NCBI GenBank assembly: GCA_000934665.2
Contig: KZ539121.1
Span: 1 to 32,739, forward strand
DNA length: 32,739 nt
Source: Catajapyx aquilonaris
Lineage: Eukaryota
Direction: 5' to 3'
The stretch's first letter is position 1. Every line of letters begins with the position of its first letter. Under the pieces are notes generated by a model. That model did no database searches, had not been told where the DNA came from, and saw only the letters and a list, made by a program, of their open reading frames with translations. A program made the position numbers and the translations under genes. Positions 24,617 through 32,739 of the stretch are shown in pieces.

Positions 24617-25151
24617 TGTGGCATATCCTGATTCGTATCGTCCAATTATTTCCTCTCTTGTACATACCTGTGATATTGTCATTCCACATCTCAAAAAAAG
24701 AGAGAAATGTTCTTTGTGATTTTAAAAATGTATTTTATTGAAATATATTCTATTCTTCATGCAAATTTTTGTTTGGATTTATTGGTACTTGTACAATATT
24801 TTGCTGTAGTTCAGTTAATTGCACAACAAAAATGTTTTTTACTGCCTCACCTGGATGACAGAAGTACAACTCCGCGTACAATATTTAAATTAATTTCATC
24901 TGAATTTTTTTTTTTAAAACACAGCATCACAGCCTGCAACACTGAATTATTATCATCTGCGGTGGTGAATTATTATTAATTATTATGGGTAGTTGAATTG
25001 CGCCTCAGTCGCTGAATTTTCATCTGTGTGAATTAATTAATATTATAATATAGATAATATAACAATACTGCAATATAATTATATAATATATAACGGATTA
25101 TGCCGTGATGTATGTATGTATGTATGTATTATATGTATATTTATATTAAGC

Positions 25152-25167
25152 AATAAAAATCAATAAA
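25152..25167 (+). terminator. Candidate tandem AATAAA polyadenylation signals of MyD88
   Basis: AATAAA at 25152 and 25162, downstream of the MyD88 stop and upstream of SFT2. Confidence 0.4.
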
Positions 25168-25755
25168 TCATTTCCTGACTCTGAATCATAATGAATAAGT
25201 ACTTCAATGAGTAAATTCAAATCGGCGCCGTAGCAGTGTTGCCAATCCTTTCAATGATACCAGTATGTTTCTATTAATTATTTTAATTAATGCCTAACCG
25301 TACAAATGACACAACATAAATTCCTAGATCATAATTTCGCAATTAAAAAAGTCTGCTAAAATAAAGTTAAACGTCACGTGAACTCACAATACAATATATT
25401 TGACACGTCCTTTAATTTCGCCGCCAAATCACGCCCCCCCTTTAAATTTCAAGCCAATTAAACCTAATTTAACTTAACTATTATGCTGAAATATCCGGTT
25501 TTTAATTACTCTTACCTGGAAGTACAATCTGGACATTTGCACAATTATTTAATTTTTTTTTTTTTTTTTGCACAGGACGTGGTCAAAATTTTGGCAGTGA
25601 AGTTAATTTAGCGCCATCTCCTCCTCGTTCACTTGTTGCTTCTTCAACCGGACCTGTCTCTTAGTGTCCGGGACATCAATCTTTCTTTGGTCTTTAATTG
25701 ACCTGCCCTAACAACCGGGACAGAAGAAGAAGAACCCCCTCCCGAGGGCACTCAG

Positions 25756-27182
<1,427 letters not shown>

Positions 27183-27668
27183 TTACCATTGCATTTATGT
27201 TCCCTATTTATGTAAACTGTCCCCGCCCCACATCTGTAATAATAACAATACAATGTTTATAGGGCCTTTACTTACAAAGCAATGCACATGTGCTCAGAGA
27301 GTCAAGCAATTCACTGTAACATGATAGCCGTCCAGTTATGAACCAGGTCTGGCACGAGAAAAAATAAGTCATTGAAAGCTCAGGCATTGATCTTCCATTT
27401 TCTCATTATTTTTCTAATCATGTACCTATCGCATGTGCTTAGGAGCACTCCTTGTAAGTATGTGACATGACGTGTAAAGAAAAGGCAAATCCAGTGACAA
27501 TAATGAAACTACAGAGAATGACATGTGACAATATATTTTTCCTGTTGCATGTGCGGTAAATAAATAAATATGTAAGCATCCACCCACGTGTTTTTATTCA
27601 GGACTGTTAGTTTTATTGAATGGATTTCATTTATTTAAATCCATTAATCAACTTGTAGAAAAAAGTAT

Positions 27669-29686
27669 TTACTCTAACAAATGTTGAATGTACTCCGAAT
27701 TCTTCCTGTCACGATGCTTCAAGAAGTTTGTAATTCTGGCTCCTTTTTCAGCACCTTCATTTTCTTTATCCCACCCTTCTTCTGAAGTTTTCAAATACGC
27801 CTGCAAAAATCCAAAATGGAGAAGAAGTAAATTAACAAAGCCATTATAAAATTAGTGCCAAGAAGCTAGAAGCCAGTTTGATTGCACTCACAGTCAGTGA
27901 ATAGTACCATATGGTGCGTCAAAGTGAACTTGTAATTCAAACTGACCCAAACAATTACCTTCAATTGATGAGCATGGCGTTGGTAGAGCAATATTGCACC
28001 TAAGAAATTCCAGAATCCAAAATCTGGCCACAGTGTTTTTTGAAAACAAAGGTAGCTGAAAGAACTCTGAAAGAATATAAACTGGACTTTAAAATATGCA
28101 CTCAGTAACAGAATTTACAATTTAAACATGACGTCGGGCTACATGGTGAAGTACACATCACTTAAAGACAGCTGTAAATTGCTTGAAATAGGAAGGAAGT
28201 CCATTAATGGCTTGTTCAATATTTCCTCCGCACTGCTTACCTGCCAAAGCATAAAGTCGGATAATCTCTTTTCCCCTGAAGTCCTGACCAACATGTCTAT
28301 GGGTGGCAAATCACTTGTTCTAAGACTCCTCTCCATCAGTCCCTCAGACACGTCTTCAGGTTCAATCAGTCCTCTGTCAACACCTTCCATCAGTTGATGA
28401 ATAGCATGAGTCATGTCATCACGAGCTGCATGTATTGTTCCGTTATTTAGTTGCTTATGACCAAGATATCTCATCCTCTGCGTTTTCCCACAGAGATATT
28501 TCATCACAGGGAAATCCCAACCAATATAACATTATTTTCATGATACAGACATCAACTGTTTGTGTGTACGACACTCACATGTATAGGCAGCAGCTACGAT
28601 TATGACATGTTTGTTGCAAGACGCTGTCTTCGCCATGAGCTGCCCTGCGAGGGTTTGAAATTTTTTGGGAAGGAGCTCTAGACGACCTATTACCCGAAAC
28701 TGGGTACCCGTCTTGACCCAAGTGTCACTTAAATAAAATTATCTTGGATTAGCTGAAAATGTAGCATGAAATGACATGCTCGTTCAGTATAATGGACTAT
28801 TAAGGTATTTAATATTGGAACAAGTTATATTTATCACACATTTAGCCACGACTGTCCCAGCTGTAGTATTGATGTATTTTACATTCAAGGATGAAAATGA
28901 AAATATGGCAGGATATGAACATGGAGTGATTATAAAATTATATGAAGCTATGCTCTATACATAATGCAGTACATAATCCACAAGAATACGGCTTCGCTGA
29001 GTTTTATTAATTTCATTCCAAACCTAGTAATGTGAAGTGCTGTTACGAATATTGAAATCATGCCTATATTAAACATGCAAATATACTTACATCTCCAACA
29101 AAAATATTTCAAGTGCCTTTATAAATATTCTTATCAAATTGTCGACTTCTTCCTGACTCCTTTTAAAGTTCTCCATGCTGAATGCATACACACTCAGAGC
29201 ATACACTCCCATCATTCTGCACCAGCTTATTGTCTTCAACAATGTGTTGTAGCTGTAATCGATAATCTTGCCATAAATGTCGAATCAGTACGTAATTATT
29301 GCATTGGTGTCAGTAATCATTGCGGTACGAGTGTGAGTTACAGCTTTCAATTCATTATTCGAACTTATTCCGTTTGTTAAAATGTTGGTGAAATAAACAT
29401 TTGTGCGCAAACACATGGTTACATTGATTACGTGACATGACTGCACATACAAAGTAGATATGAAAACATTCTTGTCATAGTAAGTATTGCTCTAAAAGAT
29501 GAAAACTTGCCCGTTCATGTATCCTTCCGTAATTGTCATTCCTCTCTCTTTTGCAAATCGTCTGTTGCCATCCATGATGTAGGCAATGTGTCGAGGGACA
29601 TGCCCCTGTTTGACAATTTTCGAGAAGAAATCCTGCATGTAAGTCAAGCTACCATATTCTGATGGCTTTCTTAACGTTTGGGACAT
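27669..29686 (-). CDS. DHDDS: cis-prenyltransferase, dehydrodolichyl diphosphate synthase (DHDDS)-like catalytic subunit, 303 aa, 6 exons
   Basis: Exons 29686-29511, 29252-29091, 28727-28579, 28425-28241, 28066-27959, 27800-27669 (TAA), 912 nt. Motifs VPRHIAYIMDGNRRFAK, VYAFSMENFKRSQEEVD, FRVIGRLELLP, AYTSR, DMLVRTSGEKRLSDFMLWQ, LWPDF. Intron 1 needs a GC donor. Ortholog versus paralog status is uncertain. Confidence 0.92.
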
Positions 29687-29861
29687 GTTCACACCACTTG
29701 AATGAAGGAAACAACTAGATTAGGCATCTTATTATTCACTTTTAAAAGTATTCTTTGCAAGTAAATTTTAGACTAACTATTGATGGTATATCCATCACAC
29801 ACAAGTTTGCAAAAATCTGCCCACTTCATATACCATTACAACAGTAGCCTAAGTGATTTAT

Positions 29862-30370
29862 AATAGATTGCTCAAAAAGAATTCTCATTTTCAACAGTGT
29901 ACATCAAATATGGATATGGCAATCGGGAATATGCACATTTTAAAATATACTCACACTATACTGTAGGCAAGTTTACTGAGCTCTACCTAGTCTTGTCTGG
30001 CTGAAGGAGAACACCTTGAGGTTCAAAAAGCTGATGCTTTATAGTATACTTTACCACTAATTTTAGATAGTCCTGATTCATTGTAAAAAGTTTAATCCTC
30101 AGTCCATTGCATCTGCGTGAGAATAATATGATGGTCGTCTCTGAAATCATGACACGGACGGGATATTATCACAGCAATTAGACCAGTAATCTCAATATAA
30201 AGAGGCATAATATTTCTTCAAAGTTGTCCTTTGTTTCCAGAATTGCGTTGCACACTTCATCCCCTGACGTATGTAGGAATCAATGTCATCATAATACTGA
30301 GGGTGGTAATTTTTTTTCATCATTCCAGCATTGTTATATCCAACTGTAAGGTTTCGACATTACTGGACCA
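29862..30370. repeat. Copy 1 of a diverged direct duplication (about 500 bp) upstream of the DHDDS-like gene
   Basis: Colinear blocks shared with 30909-31400: GATTGCTCAA.AAGAATT, CACATTTTAAAATA, GATAGTC.TGATTCATTGTA, CTCAGTCCATTGCA, TCTCTGAAA, TCTCAATATAAA.AGGCATAATATT, TTTCGACATTACTGG. Confidence 0.85.
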
Positions 30371-30908
30371 GCTTATTACGGAAGCCCGGAAGGGTCACGT
30401 CGGGGTTCCCTCCTTCATCCCTTGCAGAGTTGGGTCGTCTCTGGCTTCGTTTCGGGTGGAATCTCCTCAGACTAATCCACCCGGGGGAGTTCACAAAATA
30501 TACCGTTTGAGAATTGCACTTGCACCTTGCACATCCTCTCCCAGTCACCCTGCCCGTGGGCCCGGGCGCCACGTCAAAAAGGTTCCATCAAGACGAAATA
30601 AAGGTTCTCTCCCTGCAGTACAATGCAGGGAGGTAAATAGCTACATAAAAAAGGCATTTCCATGGGAATGCAAATTGATATATTGAATATTGTTGTTGAT
30701 GCAAGTTAATTGTTGAGGCGCGAGTAGTGAGAAGATTAGGGGATATGCATGTTGTGGGAGTTAGGTTCATTTTCGGAAGCTGAAACATGCGGCGTTGGAT
30801 TCCTTGGAAAAAGTAACCCCCCATATGCTAATTTAAGGCGGTGTGCAGGCCTTCCCCAGGATTTCTATAAGGGAAAAACAAACTCACAAACAGATATACA
30901 TATAGATT

Positions 30909-31400
30909 AATGGATTGCTCAATAAGAATTCAACAGTGCACAAAATATGGCAATAGGAAATGTACACATTTTAAAATACTCCTCACACTAGTCAAGTCTG
31001 TTGCACCCTGCCGATTCTTGTCAGTCTGAAGAACTTTAGCTCAAGAAGCTGTTGCCTTAGAGTACTGTACCACTGATTTGTGATAGTCGTGATTCATTGT
31101 AGACAGTTTTATTCTCAGTCCATTGCACCAGAGCTAGAATATGCTGGTCATCTCTGAAAATAATCATAACACTGGCTGGATGTTAATACAATAAGATCAG
31201 TATTTCTCAATATAAAAAGGCATAATATTGCTTTACAGAGTTGTGTTTTGCTTCAGATTTGCTTCTCAGGTATACATTATTACAGATTGCATGCCCTAGT
31301 ATATGTAGCGATCAATCTCATCGCAATATTGCAGGCGATAATTTTTGTTGCATCGTACCAATATTGTTAGCCAACTATGGGTTTTCGACATTACTGGCCA
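30909..31400. repeat. Copy 2 of the diverged direct duplication
   Basis: Same ordered blocks as 29862-30370, offset by about 1.03-1.05 kb with many small indels. Confidence 0.85.
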
Positions 31401-32739
31401 AGGTTGTAGTTTGCAGTATTTACATAATGCTGCGTGGGTTTACTTCAAATTGTGCTCCATATAATTTTAGTTCCTCTTTTCAGCATCTAATTGTCTTTTT
31501 TTACAGGTGAAATTTAAATTGACCAACAGAATTGGCTGTGATTGGTTGCAACAAGAAAATTCAACTGTGTTTCTTTCGATTATGGGATGAAAAAAAATGA
31601 CATCACTGACATTCAATGCCAATAATACTGTATATTGATCATTTGTGAAATTCGCAATTTAAAATTTCATTACAACTCGCATCTTGCATGTATGATTCAA
31701 TTCGGTCTAATACTAGCTGCTAACACTTTTGCAATAACCAAAGGAGCTGTTGCCAGGAATGTTCCAGGAATCTCGAACCACTTCAGACATTTCAGTTGGA
31801 ATACCTCTTTCAACCCCTATAGCATCAGTAGGCTACATTGATGGATGGCATGAATCATGTCAGCAAGATTAATGATGTATGGAATATACCGTACCATTTT
31901 AAAATGAATCGCAAATTTAAAAAGGGGGATAAGTCATGATTTTGGCGATTTTGAGTTAATCGCACCATAAAATTCACCACCCCAAGACACACGAAAACAT
32001 ACATGAAGGGTGCCAGTCAGCGAAACCGTTCAACTACAGGGTGACTCGTAAGGTCCGGACACATCAGCTAATGATTGTATTGTTGGGTGCCAATCATATG
32101 TTTGCTGAGTTTTGACCACTTTCACTAACCGATAACAATTCATCAAAAAGGGGGTCATTCTCAGCCCTTTTTCACTATTTCGACGGCTAGGTGCCTGTCC
32201 GTACGATATTGTACGTATAGTCCAGTGCATTTAGTCGATATTTATCCACAACCTGGACATTTAGAGTTACTAAACGAAATTTGGGATATATGTTCAATTG
32301 GCCCTCCTGAACAATATCTGAAAGTTCCCAAGTGATTCCTCATGGGATTACCCTGCAATCCTGCAAAAACTGTAACATACCTGCAGTTTTCCTTGAACCC
32401 GCATAGAAAGTGAACGCATGGACTTGGACACTCATTTCTTTTTACAAATTACTTGTTTTGACGTGTGTTGTCATTTAGAAAAAGTGCCAACGATTTTGAT
32501 ATAAACTTAATTATGTTAACCTGCATAACCTATTCATTACCTCGAATTTTTCTGGAACGCACGCAGGAAAGGGACGGGTTGTCTTAGACCGAATTTCTTT
32601 TTTCATAGTGCTTGTTTTGATTGTATCGCTTCATTTAGAGTGAGTGGCGATGGTTTGGGTGCCTGAATAGCCTGCAGATTACCTGTAAAGCTCCTTGAAC
32701 TCCACCCAAACGGACACACATTGTTGTATAAGCACGGGA

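Noticed and set aside
30231..30686. 151-aa plus-strand ORF
   Set aside because: TTG start, no homology recognised, and it overlaps the duplicated non-coding block.
32035..32062. TA-CAGGGTG mariner-like terminus
   Set aside because: No matching opposite terminus found within the window.

Overview
Eukaryotic (pancrustacean arthropod-like) genomic DNA with short GT-AG introns. Bases 1-13,200 contain no recognisable protein gene, only small inverted-repeat transposon relics (including a perfect 44-bp-arm palindrome), strand-biased poly-C tracts, assembly Ns and several kappaB-like motifs. Bases 14,361-29,686 hold four intact multi-exon genes, spliced by hand with consistent phases: an ASK1/MAP3K15-family kinase (minus, 22 coding exons, about 1390 aa), MyD88 (plus, 5 exons, 404 aa), an SFT2 vesicle-transport protein (plus, 3 exons, 165 aa) and a divergent DHDDS-type cis-prenyltransferase (minus, 6 exons, 303 aa, GC-AG first intron). 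ASK1 and MyD88 are head-to-head with their ATGs 677 bp apart. The MyD88 tail carries a DSGxxS degron-like motif behind a weak splice donor. SFT2 intron 1 holds a fold-back element with a one-sided minisatellite expansion. A diverged duplication of a putative 5'-UTR exon lies upstream of the prenyltransferase.
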